From positions 303,066-367,065 of the forward strand of contig DF236972.1 in the NCBI GenBank assembly GCA_000708835.1: a DNA stretch of 64,000 bases, read 5' to 3'. The position numbers were made by a program, and so were the translations under genes. The stretch is from Klebsormidium nitens. Taxonomy: Eukaryota; Plantae; Klebsormidiophyceae. Below the pieces are notes generated by a model, which had not been told where the DNA came from, searched no databases, and saw only the letters and a program-made list of their open reading frames with translations. Shown here piece after piece: positions 52,497-64,000 of this stretch (within the stretch, counting starts at the first letter, position 1; every line of letters begins with the position of its first letter).

Positions 52497-55306
52497 CTAC
52501 TTGAACCAGAACATGCCCGCGATGTACCACACGCCGTTCTCCAGGTGCGTCGACGCGCACTCGAAGTTGCCCGCGCCGAAAGCGTCCGATTGGACCGTCA
52601 GAAAAGTTTTGCCGGGGGTGAGCGACTGGTCCGCTTGGTATTGGATGGGGTAGTCTTTGCGGGTTCCGTTAACCAGCAGGTTCTTAACCACGAACAGGCC
52701 GTAGAAGGAGACCTTGCCCGGTGCGATGGCGAGGCTCGCCGGGGCCGTGTAGTTTCTCTGCAACGCGACGAAAAAGATGCCACGTGTCAGCTCGGAAGGC
52801 GGCAGGATTTGTGCTATGTTCGATGCGGAACGCTGGTGTTCTGGCAAGAGAACCGCCCAGTAGGTCTCGAGGCTTCTACGTTTGCCCAGAAAGAGAGGGA
52901 CGAATTCGAAAGCGGAGGTCTCGAATCAGTGCCTTGAGTCGCACGCCGTCTACTTTGACAGGCTGAAACACTCTTTACGACGGCATTAGATGAAGTAGAA
53001 AAGGTTTGGAGCGAGTCCTGACCGGAAAGCTGATGAGACGGGCAGCCCCGTAGTGCGGGTCGCAACTAAGAGAGTGAATGTCGTTAGGAAAAGTGGTTTA
53101 TATGTCTGTGTACCAGAAGCTTATCTGCTCAAAGCCGGTTGGGTGCCCTTGAAAACATGGTTAAGACATCGTCATGGTTGACAGGCGACTTGGAGAAAGC
53201 GCGTTCCTGAAATTCCGACGAGAGGAAAACGCTCGAAAGGAGATATCACAAACCAAAAGGTTTCCGGACCCCTTACCAGAGTCGGGGTCACATCTCACCT
53301 TATCTGTAGCACCGGATGGCGGCAAAAAGAAACACATTTCGATTCGTTCGCGTCGAAAGGTCGTCTGACAGAAACTGCTGACGGACTTTGTTTCATCAGG
53401 AATGGGAACACGACCTCCCCAGAAAGCAGCGTCGGACTAGTGATTACCTTACGCCTTGGAAAGCGACAAAGATCCAAACGTCTTCAATAGAAGTCGATGA
53501 AGAAACCTCCATCACTTTCATCAGGAAGATGAAAACGGACTCCCCAACAAGCAGCGTCGTACCAGGAAGAGTATCGCCTTGGAAAGCGACAAAGATCCAG
53601 ACCTCGTCAATAGAAGGTGATGAAGAAACTCCTCACGAGCAACTTCGCCACTAAAACAAAGGAAAAGTGTTTCACGAGACCCTTAATTACCTCTTGAAAA
53701 CAGACCATAAAACCTAGCAAGTTCCGCTCCCTTCCTGGAAGAGGATTTTAATCTCCGAGTCTAACATCCAGAAAAAGTAAAAGAAACGGCCTTGACCAGG
53801 AAGATGAACACAATGACCCCCGAGCCCTACAAGCAGCCTCGGACCGAATGTCTAAAACCAGAAATCTTTTCCGGGTTCGCTGAATCTTACGTGTCGTTTT
53901 TTCAGAAAAGCAGTAATCTCAGCAGACTCCTCCAGAGCCCCTCACCAAGTTATCACGACACCCCACCGGGCAGCGCCGTGATGTTGCGGCCAACTTTCAA
54001 CACATTGAATTCGATTCCCCTTTTTTCCCCTTTCTCTCAGAATATGTGATTCCAAACCCCCCCTCACCGGAAAGGTGATGACGACCCCCCCCACGAGCAG
54101 CTTCGTGTCGTCTTCCGGGACGAACCCCCGCGGCTGGTCCGCCGTCTTGGCCAGCACGATCCGGAAGTCGATTCCCTCCGAAGCGATCGCAAACGTCGAA
54201 AGAGTGGCGACAGGGGCAGTGGCGTTGTCCATAGCGTATAGGGGGATGGTCTGATTTGAGAGCAGCTGCTGCGTTGCGGAGAGGACCGTATTGTTGGACG
54301 CGGGAGTTAGGCGGTACGCGCCTTGGACGTATTGCGTGATGGCGGTTGCTCTGCACCAGAAAGAACGAGTTGATTCTCTCGGATTCAGCGTTTCGAGGCT
54401 TTGGGCTTCAGGAGATATTTGGGTCAGCCGAAGTGGTCAGGCCTGATCTTGGGGGTTAGCAAGCTTTAATTTCAGCAACTGACTGAAAACCTTCAGGGAT
54501 TTTGGGTCAGCCGACGTGGTCAGGCCTGACCTTGGGGGTTAGCAAGGTTCACTTTTAGTCACTGTCTAACCCATCGCAGCTATTCTATTAATAATCCGTT
54601 ACTTGTAGAGGTGGAAGAATGTCTTGGGTGAACGAGAGCTCTTCAAGGTGCCGACAACCGGTTGCGTGCATCAGCACAGGAGGTTTCCAGAGGTCAAGGC
54701 ATCAGGACTTTCTGTAAGGCTTAGGAAAGACACAAAGCTGAAAATAGAGGTCCACTAAACATCTTCGGAAGATTTCCACCAAGGGCTGATTAGTGACACC
54801 CAACACAGGCAGGTTGTTATTCATATTCACCTATCAACAGGTACATCAAACGCTGACCCAGTTGTGACAGGTCGTCGAATGCATTGCACTTCGTTGCCCT
54901 TTGACCAACTAAAGTTTGAATGATAGTTTGAAGTCATGCTGACGTCAAATCTGACGTCAGCAACAGCAGTGTCTTTCTCTGTGCCGAGCCCAGTGTTTCA
55001 TTGGAACCACATGCCAAAACGAGCGAGGGACTACGAGAACATGCTTTTCAGTCCTTAAAATGACCATCTGGGCTGTCTAAGACTATGTTCCTCTCTTATA
55101 AATAGTTCGGCGCACTTACGTATAGTTGGTGGAGTTTGCAGCGTAAGCATTCAGGAACGCGGCCCTGGAGCCCCTGTCTGGATGTATGGACCAGTGATGT
55201 TTTGGTCTGAGAATGCGGTTAGCAGGGTTGTGTAACTCTGAGCGTGCGCGGCGCCGAACGTACTGACACAGAGCAGAAGCAGGAAGCTCCTCATGTTGGC
55301 CTCCAT
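52497..55306 (-). CDS. Secreted N-glycosylated hypothetical protein (~243 aa) with one apparent frameshift in exon 1
   Basis: Exons 55306-55120, 54350-54068 and 52757-52497. Signal peptide MEANMRSFLLLLCVSTFGAAHA|QSY. Exons 2 and 3 splice in frame and end ...GVWYIAGMFWFK*. Exon 1 needs one extra G at the GGG run (55165-55163) to join AAFLNAYAANSTNYT to exon 2. Eight N-x-S/T sequons. Confidence 0.75.
53391..53640. repeat. 125-bp tandem duplication in intron 2 of the secreted-protein gene (partial third copy near 53795)
   Basis: TTTCATCAGGAA at 53391 and 53516. CGCCTTGGAAAGCGACAAAGATCCA.AC and TCAATAGAAG..GATGAAGAAAC each occur twice. Confidence 0.8.
54406..54548. repeat. ~55-bp direct repeat x2 in intron 1 of the secreted-protein gene
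   Basis: TTTGGGTCAGCCGA(A/C)GTGGTCAGGCCTGA(T/C)CTTGGGGGTTAGCAAG occurs twice. Confidence 0.85.
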
Positions 55307-56412
55307 AGTAGTCAAATCTGCAGGGGTCATTGCGCAGATTGTCAGTGACTCGATGGTGATGTCCTGAGTTTGACACTTGGTTCAGTAAATCACTCAGATC
55401 GTACTGCTTCTCAGAGCAAGGGGGAACCTTTTCAGACATATGGAGGTTTGGGTAACGGTGGACAACCAGGCTTGGGGTAGAGAATGGTTCCCAGTTTGTG
55501 ATGCTGGTTTACGCACGGGGGTGATAGAAACAACTTGTGACTGCAGGAGAAGAGGTTTCAAAGTGGCAACTATTCTGAAAGGAATAGTTGCAGGAGGAAT
55601 TTGAAAGTAGTTTCCAGTAAAACTCTGTTTTGGATTTGATACAGTGCTTCACATAACCGAGTACTACTGGCAGCCGCAAGAGAAGTTGTAGGCAACGCTT
55701 CATAAGCAGATCACAGCCTGCTTTTGCAGTGGGTTCCATTTCAGGAACGGGCTATGGATCAAGATCCCGTTTGTCTTAGCGTATGCGCATCCGTTATCCC
55801 TGCTGACAGTCTGATAAGAGCTGTTGCAAATTGAAAGTTATCAGCAATATTGACAAGTAACTTCAAAGCAGACGAGAAACATCCATCACGAGCACTTGAA
55901 AACCCACCGGATACTACTATCATACGCATCAGTGGCTGGACCGCTGTGGGACAATGCAACAAACTTCCAGACGACCAGACTCACCTTAATTCGACCCTTT
56001 GGCAACTTGCCGAGCTTCAAAGCACCTGGTAGCAATGGCGCAAATGCTACTGTAGTTGCTTGTAGAGTCGCTTCGGTGCAAGCGGGCGCCACGTAGAGGA
56101 GAGGACTCAGATGGTGCTGCGAAATGTGAACCTTAAGCTCGTGACCACATTTGGGTCCACTGCAGTGCTCTTGTCAAGTGGTGATTGACAATTTTTTGAG
56201 AGACGAAACGTGAGGGAGTCAATAAATGACAGTCTGGGAGCAGTGAGAAGAGGTCTTCTGCTTCGATCTCCCCTGCGAGAAAGTGAAGGATTGCAGGGTT
56301 GCAGGTTTCCTCACATGTTGGTACCTGCATCAATGTACCGGTATCAGGACTGTATGTGATCTACGACTTAGGTACTTAGGCTGAAGCGTACAAGCGTGAC
56401 AGCATATATCAT

Positions 56413-57331
56413 NNNNNNNNNNNNNNNNNNNNNNNNNNNNNNNNNNNNNNNNNNNNNNNNNNNNNNNNNNNNNNNNNNNNNNNNNNNNNNNNNNNNNNNN
56501 NNNNNNNNNNNNNNNNNNNNNNNNNNNNNNNNNNNNNNNNNNNNNNNNNNNNNNNNNNNNNNNNNNNNNNNNNNNNNNNNNNNNNNNNNNNNNNNNNNNN
56601 NNNNNNNNNNNNNNNNNNNNNNNNNNNNNNNNNNNNNNNNNNNNNNNNNNNNNNNNNNNNNNNNNNNNNNNNNNNNNNNNNNNNNNNNNNNNNNNNNNNN
56701 NNNNNNNNNNNNNNNNNNNNNNNNNNNNNNNNNNNNNNNNNNNNNNNNNNNNNNNNNNNNNNNNNNNNNNNNNNNNNNNNNNNNNNNNNNNNNNNNNNNN
56801 NNNNNNNNNNNNNNNNNNNNNNNNNNNNNNNNNNNNNNNNNNNNNNNNNNNNNNNNNNNNNNNNNNNNNNNNNNNNNNNNNNNNNNNNNNNNNNNNNNNN
56901 NNNNNNNNNNNNNNNNNNNNNNNNNNNNNNNNNNNNNNNNNNNNNNNNNNNNNNNNNNNNNNNNNNNNNNNNNNNNNNNNNNNNNNNNNNNNNNNNNNNN
57001 NNNNNNNNNNNNNNNNNNNNNNNNNNNNNNNNNNNNNNNNNNNNNNNNNNNNNNNNNNNNNNNNNNNNNNNNNNNNNNNNNNNNNNNNNNNNNNNNNNNN
57101 NNNNNNNNNNNNNNNNNNNNNNNNNNNNNNNNNNNNNNNNNNNNNNNNNNNNNNNNNNNNNNNNNNNNNNNNNNNNNNNNNNNNNNNNNNNNNNNNNNNN
57201 NNNNNNNNNNNNNNNNNNNNNNNNNNNNNNNNNNNNNNNNNNNNNNNNNNNNNNNNNNNNNNNNNNNNNNNNNNNNNNNNNNNNNNNNNNNNNNNNNNNN
57301 NNNNNNNNNNNNNNNNNNNNNNNNNNNNNNN
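56413..57331. other. Assembly gap (919 N)
   Basis: Run of N. ORFs that cross it are artefacts. Confidence 0.99.
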
Positions 57332-57428
57332 TTTTTTTGTACAAGCGTGACAGCAACATGTACCTATAATTGCCAAGAGTACCGGCCTATAAACTTGGAA
57401 AAGTTAGCAGTGAGCACATGTGTTTTAG

Positions 57429-57797
57429 GATAATACCGTACCCGGCGATATCTACCTGCTAGCTGTCTGCAACAACCGGGGCCGGTAAAATTAAACCCTT
57501 TGATGATCTCAATAACCCATTCCGATAGCGGCGATTCGTTGGCAAATTTGCTAACCCTGCGCCACGCTGAACCTTTTAACCCACCCCGTCTCTCGGTGCG
57601 CCCTGGGGAAATCACGATACAATCGGAATTAATTGTGCGTTCGAGCAATAATTGAAGGCTTTCCAAGCTTTCCGGACATTATGATTGGGTGACGTCACAA
57701 ACCCTGAGCAGATCGACAAGTTAGCGAACCGCGACCTCGGCTTCGCGGCCGGCGTGCGCGACTTTGCCGCCTTCAAGGTGGGGCCAGGCACCGTCAG
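57429..57797 (+). other. Candidate exons of a gene that may begin in the gap
   Basis: TGTTTTAG|DNTVPGDIYLLAVCNNRG(R)|GTAAAA, and GAGCAG|IDKLANRDLGFAAGVRDFAAFKVGPGTV|GTGAGT with high GC3. The phases do not join directly. Confidence 0.3.
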
Positions 57798-60700
57798 TGA
57801 GTCGAGTCCGTAGAGCACTTGAATAAGTTATTAGAATCAGTCGCTGACTCGCGCCCGTGCCACGTCATGATCCCTTGCAAACAAGACCAACGATCGAAGA
57901 ACAAACGCATAGACGCATTGCCAAATTTCTGGCTCAATGCCAACAAGCCATCACGACCTACGGAGGAATCGAGCTTCGAGTCTGCACAACCTCAACAACT
58001 TCGAGACGCAGGAAAGCCCTTGTAGGCTCAGAAACGGGATACCATTTGTTTCGGCGGATGCATTAGGTAGTACTTGGGTCTGCGTTGGGACAAGTACTCG
58101 GGTTTGTTTTTGGGGTTTCCTTTTGGACTTTAAGTTGAGCGTGTTCCGAGGCGACCCCAAGACTGAGTTCCGAACCAGAGCGAAGAATTGACGTGCTTGA
58201 CGGAGCCTGTTTTTTCACGCCGGTCAATAGGAACGGCGACCGCCGCCAGCATAATGCAGCCCGCTGGGTCGCCTGCGGGGGGGAAAGCCGAGTGCCACGT
58301 GTCCCTGCCACGTAAGGGTCTGAAATCTGTAAGTTCCTAGTGGAGTAACCGAGATTTTCCAACACTGCAACATGCACGTTGAGGGCGCAGTCCGTTCTGC
58401 ATCCCACAGCGGGCAAACGACAAGTTCCCTGTCGATTAAGCGTTTGCAAAGGAGTTGTCTTCGTTCTTTCGGAGCGAGGACCGACCCGGAAGTTCAAGTA
58501 GGAACTTCCCCTGAAGTCTAACCAGCCTCCCTCGATGATAACCTGATTCACCTGCTGAATCGGCGCTGGTTTTTTGCAATTCAACTACACGGTGAACAGG
58601 CATCACCGCAGTCACCCCAACCTAGTTGATTGTAAGCGAAGCTTTCAATTCTAAAAGGCCAACAATGCTTAGATTCTGGCTACAGGCCTGAAATCGCCGA
58701 TCTCAGCACTGCAGCAAAGAACGTTAAAAGTTAACAAGGTCATCGCTTGTCGAGATTGGCTAATGTCACTACCTCGAAGTTGGGTGATAAACTCACCGTC
58801 CAGTTTGCAGATTTCGCCCACGTCTATCTTATAAAGCGTGCCCGCACCGCTTCATCTGGAAAACATCAAGAACAAACGTTGAAGCGACCCGTACTTCCAT
58901 TAGATGCTGCTCGAGGAAGGCAAGTCTTGCAGGGACTGCGCTTAAGAGAAACAACCTTCGGACAAGTCTGCCAAAGCGTCATTGAGTCGGGTGATGACCG
59001 GCGGCAGAAATTACTTACTTAGTACTAAGCCCTCTCATGCTATCGCACCGTCACTACGAAGTGGACGTCGCAAATCGTCCAAAGGACAGTACCTTCGAGA
59101 CTGCGAAAGAATAGCGGCAGAAAAGCTCGATGCAAATTGCAACGTGACTCAAGCGCCCAATTCCGAACACGCCAAGAAGCCCCTAATCTACAACGTAGCG
59201 ACAGCCGTCGCTTCTGTGCAGATCAGAAAGATGGGAGGATTGTAATCGTCTGCTTCGTTAGCACCAAGGTTTCCAGGAGGGGGAAAACCTCCTAGGTACG
59301 AGAAAGACGTCAAAGAAAAGACAGCCCATCATCTCCGGGAGTGAAGGAGTTGATTCAAAAACACCGCTTGAAGGCTTTTGATCTGGAGAGAGGATAGGCA
59401 CGCAGCTCTTGAAGAACATGGCGAAACGTTTATCGCATTCGCTTTTTCCAGTCGTTTCTGACGCGTCGCACCTGCGGCCTCTGTGACTGTTGAAGTCCCT
59501 TCTCAGGTACACACGACGTGTCCGTCCCAATCTGAAAAGTAGCACGCTCCTTGAGCAAACTAAGACGACTTTCTATCCAGCAGACAGCAGGGATACCATA
59601 CAAAAAACAAACAACCATTTCAGCAGCAGGGATACCACTCGTACAAAAAGTGGTAATGTCGTCCGTTTCAGAGAAGCGGAAAGCTCGACGGCAGCCCGTT
59701 ACTTAAATAGTCAGATGTCACTTGCTAAGCTTCAAAGAGCAGACTTTCTGCGCAGGACCTGGAGGCCTTTGGTGAAGCCAGGAACGGACAGAACGCCCTA
59801 AGCGGCAGCAAAGCCTAATCCTGGACAGAGTGTCAGATTCTCAATCCGCTTTAGGTATGAGTTGCAAGAGGGTTCAACTCTGGAATGACGCAGACACAGA
59901 GAGGAGATCCCCAGCAGAGCGAAGGTCGTTGACTTCTAGCCTTTCCATGTATGCGAAATAGGTAAGTCTCTGAATCATAATGGTCCCCTTTTCAATTGCA
60001 TGGGCGTGAGTCGATTTCGGGCACCGACCATGACGCTGCAAAGATAAACGCACAGTGCTTACAGTCATACAGTAGTTTTGAAAGAAGAAAGTGGTGCTTG
60101 GAACACAGACTTTTGAAAGGAGAAGCAAGCAAGCTCTGGCATCGCTCCACGAACAGGGTGAAAAGTAGTCGGCCCACTTATCTCTGTGAAGAGAAACGAG
60201 AATCAGTAGGTTCACAAAGCAGACAGTAACTGAGTAACGAGGTGCGGAAAGCATGACCCCTCTGTGGTATACCTAGAACAGTTTTCCCCGTGCATGTTGT
60301 CTCAGAACAGAAGCTTTTCCCTACCAGTCTGCTTTCTTGATGCATCTATGGCACGAGGACTGTTAAAGGAGTCGATGCTCAATGCTACACACCCTACTGT
60401 GCTTGGTGACAAGTGCAAAGTATAACAACACATCGAAAAAAAGCCCATGTAAAACCAAGGGGGAAAATTAGGACGTGGTATTGATTGTGGAAGGAAAGAA
60501 GCTGACCCACAATCGGAGTAAGAGTTCGAAGCATGGTCAGGCATCGGCGTTGTCCTTTCTCTGATGGCTAAGCAGCCAGATCGAGAATGGCAATACTCTT
60601 TCAAACAAGGGAACCTGTCCGGGCCTAGGACTGTCAAAAAATCTGGTCGTAACAAAGTCTTTTAGAAAGTGTGCAGGAAGCAGTGGCCTACTAATCTGCT

Positions 60701-61100
60701 CAGAATCGTGGTGACTCGCTGCTCTGTAAAGCAAAAAAGGCTGGACACCCTGATTGTCAAACTCAGCAAATGACCATCCATCCCCCCATCATTCAAGTTG
60801 ATAGACCCAAGGCTGAGATCAGTTCCTTGACCTTTTATTAAAAGGGAAGTTGAAAAAGGCTGTCCAAGCAGCTGAGAGACTTCTCTGATCTCTGATGTAT
60901 TTCTCGAAAGCCACAAGTGTCAAAAAGCTATTTACAGACCAGTCAAGTCACAAGCAAGAAAGCATCCTTGACCAGACAGCCATTTTGCTCAGCAGAGAAC
61001 TTCAACATGGAGCAGATGAGTTTCTTCCATAGCGGTGGTGTTAGAAAACACCAGTTTTGGGTGGGTCCAGCACGCTCGGTGCCTGGAAAGCGCGCACTCC

Positions 61101-62751
61101 TTACGCCTTGGGCTTGGGAGCCGCCTTGGCCTTCGGGGCTGCCTTGGGCTTTGCAGTCTTGGGCTTGGGGGCAGCCTTAGGCTTGGTTGCCTTGGCAGTC
61201 TTTGGCTTGGGAGTCTTGGGCTTGGCAGCGGTCTTGGGTTTGGCGGCAGCCTTCTTGGGGGTAGCCTTGGCCTTCTTGGCAGCCGGGGGCTTGGGCGTGG
61301 CGGCCTTCTTGGGGGTCGCCTTGGCCTTCTTCGGGGTGGCAGCCTTCTTGGGAGCAGCCTTCTTGACAGCTGCAGAGAGGATTGTAGTGGATCAGAAAAG
61401 TGTTATCTGTGTGCTTTCTGGCTGATCCCATCAGACTGAAGGTGACAGATGTGCTTTGAAGACAAGAGCCCCACATGAAAACCGTACAGAAAATCTGGTC
61501 ACAAAGAATGTCAAAGTCGGTTAGACTGAGTTGTACTTATTAAGGAGCTTTCCTGTGATACAAAGCTACCAAAGTGTCTGCTGGATCCATTGTCAGGTTG
61601 CTTGCAAGGAAAACCTGTTTGTGCCCTGGACACAAGACCCTGTGCTTTGCTGCTTGTGAAACACGGCCAGCTACATCAACCCGTCCCTTGTCTGAAAGCA
61701 AAAGAGATCAGAAATACAGCCTTTCATCTGAGAAAGAGACCAATGCAGAAAAGTTTGCCACCCCCTTATGCACTTACCAGGCTTCTTGGCAGCAGGCTTC
61801 CTGACAGCCTTCTTCTTGGGGGCCTTCTTGAGCTCCTCCCCGAGCTTGAAGCTGCTCTTGACCTTGACCAGCTTCCCGGATGCTGCCAGGTTCTTCAGCT
61901 GGGTGGCGAGGTTCTTTTTGAAGTTGGGGCCCAGCTTGCCTGGAAGGAACGATACAGAGCTGGATGAGACCTGATGAGCTCTGAAAAGACCTCAGATGTC
62001 CTTGAATTAAGCTTCATGGACCAAAGACAAGCTGGAGTAGACCTCAGGTTGACTGGAAATCAGCCTTGATCAACCAGTCAGTTTGCAACTCTCGTTTGAC
62101 AGAGGTTGTTAGAACCGAACGAAGAATCTTTTATTGCATGCTCTTTTCTTCTTGAGTCACTGCAATACTTATCTATAAAGGAGGAACTCGTCAAGGAGTA
62201 ATTCGTGTTTCTGTAAGCAAGCTAGACTTTTGTCGATTGAGCTTGAAGTATGCGAGCCGCCCTTTCCACTCCCAAAACAGATTGAAGAAAGCAGTCAACC
62301 GTGAGGCTTGTCTGCTCACCGGCATACTTGCTGTCAATGTACTTGCCGATTGCGATGGAGCTGGATCCTGTCCTTTCCTGGAGATTGCACAAAATTAGTC
62401 AGCATCCAAAATACATTCTTGAAGATCCTTGGTCCCTTGACACAAGAACAAGCACGCAATGCATTGAGCAATCCAGAAACAGATCAAGGTCACTGTGTCA
62501 TTTGTTGCTTCAGTTCTAGACGAGGCCATCTGACATCTCTGAATTGACTCGCAGCGGACCGGCTGACGGGCTTGCCTGCAGGTCAAAGGCTAACCCCTGG
62601 AACTTTATATTCTCACCTTCAAGGAAGCGATCGCATCCTTGATCATCTCCACATAGGGGGGATGAGATGCGGGGGCCTTGGGCGCCTTTGGCTTGGCGAC
62701 CTTGGCGGCCTTGGGGGCCTTGGGGGCGGGGACGGCGGGGGCGTCAGCCAT
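61101..62751 (-). CDS. H1: Histone H1 (linker histone), copy B, 207 aa
   Basis: Exons 62751-62617, 62377-62320, 61939-61778 and 61369-61101. Globular domain HPPYVEMIKDAIASLK|ERTGSSSIAIGKYIDSKYA|GKLGPNFKKNLATQLKNLAASGKLVKVKSSFKL. The three intron positions match copy A. Confidence 0.95.
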
Positions 62752-63049
62752 GATTGCAGGCAACTAGCTTGAGCAGACAGTCTCTGTAAACCTAGATTTG
62801 CAGAGCAGGGTAAGAAGGTGCTCACAGAATGGTTGTATTTATGTGCCCTCCACACAAGCTTGAGAAATTGATCAGGAAATTGCACTCTGCAGAACAAGTG
62901 AGCTCAGTCTAGGGTTGCCTCGCTGAACCCTTGTTTGTGCAACTTTCCTACGGTGTGTTTCTGCAAAGTGTAGACTGAAGCCAAATGCAGACTGCAATTT
63001 TGCGCCTGGCTCAATTCTGCTGTGAAGCTTTGCAAGCGTCTGTGCAGCT

Positions 63050-63450
63050 TGCTCTCATTTTGAATTTGAAATTTGCAGAGGCGATGCTGCACGCTGATTG
63101 GCCGCCATTGGGACCCTGGATCGAGCTTGCAATTGATGTGTAAACCGTCAGATCAAACAACCTCAACCGTCCGATAAGTTACTGCTTGGTAAACCTAGGC
63201 TATTGGTCGCGCAATAGCCTATAGGTATTGGAGTCGAGTCCCCCGCCGTCCCCTTCAGTCCGACGTACCGTCTCCCTGGCGGGCCACGCAGCGCGGCCGC
63301 GTCTAGTCAGGGCCGCAGCCGGCCGCGGCCGTGGATAGCGCGCGGCACTGAGTCGAAGGAGGGCGACCGGACAAGTTGTATAGGTAGCTCAAACCCTAAC
63401 TCCTATTATTAAAATTCAGCTGTGTGGCATTTGCAGAGAAACCCTAAAGC
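63050..63450. promoter_or_regulatory. H1-B upstream region: CCAAT box, ACCGTCCGATAAG motif, GC-rich island and two telo-boxes
   Basis: CTGATTGGCCG (CCAAT 63101-63097), ACCGTCCGATAAG at 63166-63178, AAACCCTAA at 63391-63399 and 63439-63447. Confidence 0.5.
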
Positions 63451-64000
63451 ATGAGGGGATCCCTAGATTCCCTGCCTGCTTGCTGACGTACTCTAGAGTC
63501 TACACTAGGTAGGTGTACGCTGAGCTTGATGAAATCTGACCTCGCACGTGCTTCGATCAGATTCCAGTGCATTGGCTCGAGTCTGAAGTTCGAGCTTGCT
63601 CTGGAACCAGAGGAAGGGCCCAGGGCCACAGAAGATACCACTGCAGACGACGTTGATCAAAGTACCTAAATCTACTCAGGCACCAACCGTACAGATATTG
63701 TTGACAGCATTGTGCTAGTCGCCATAGTGGTTTACAACCGGAGCTCAGCTGGTGAATAGCTCAGAATGAGCTACCTCTGGTGAACTCAGCTCAATCCCGA
63801 TCTATGATCATGTGCCAATACCACCACATCAGATCTAAGTAAAGAGATCTTTCGACCAATCATTACGCCCAGGATGGTCTGCTACTTTGAGCCCATGTGT
63901 GACGATTCGAGTCTATGAATCTTCATATCGAACTCGTCCCAGAATATTGTCCGCGCGCGTATGGCGTATCTGCTATCTGCTTTGCTCGATATCGTATACT

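Noticed and set aside
53391-54548. Repeats considered as a CRISPR-like array
   Set aside because: Only two copies each, no unique equal-length spacers, no cas genes, and a eukaryotic intronic context.
56330-57433. Three 316-348-aa ORFs
   Set aside because: They consist almost entirely of N-gap codons.
58291-58316. Paired G-boxes GCCACGTGT / GCCACGTAA
   Set aside because: No gene start could be assigned nearby, and such motifs are frequent in GC-rich DNA.
25186-63447. AAACCCTAA motifs as interstitial telomere repeats
   Set aside because: They are isolated single units in promoter-like DNA, consistent with telo-boxes rather than arrays.

Overview
Intron-rich eukaryotic nuclear DNA with GT-AG introns and plant-type genes. 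It is most consistent with a streptophyte green alga such as Klebsormidium (inference). From left to right it holds: a partial Cys-rich membrane-protein ORF with a MITE just upstream; an unassigned gene; CTC1; two tandem bacterial-type SAM methyltransferases; a LEA-like hydrophilin set head-to-head with a 25-exon DNA ligase IV, with a foldback element between them; histone H1; a diverged 1.35-kb duplication; a secreted orphan protein with a 1-nt frameshift; a 919-N gap; and a second histone H1. I found no rRNA, tRNA or CRISPR. Most short ORFs in the supplied track are shadows or intronic noise. Gene models were built by hand from splice signals and frame continuity. Family motif comparisons are from memory and were not aligned.
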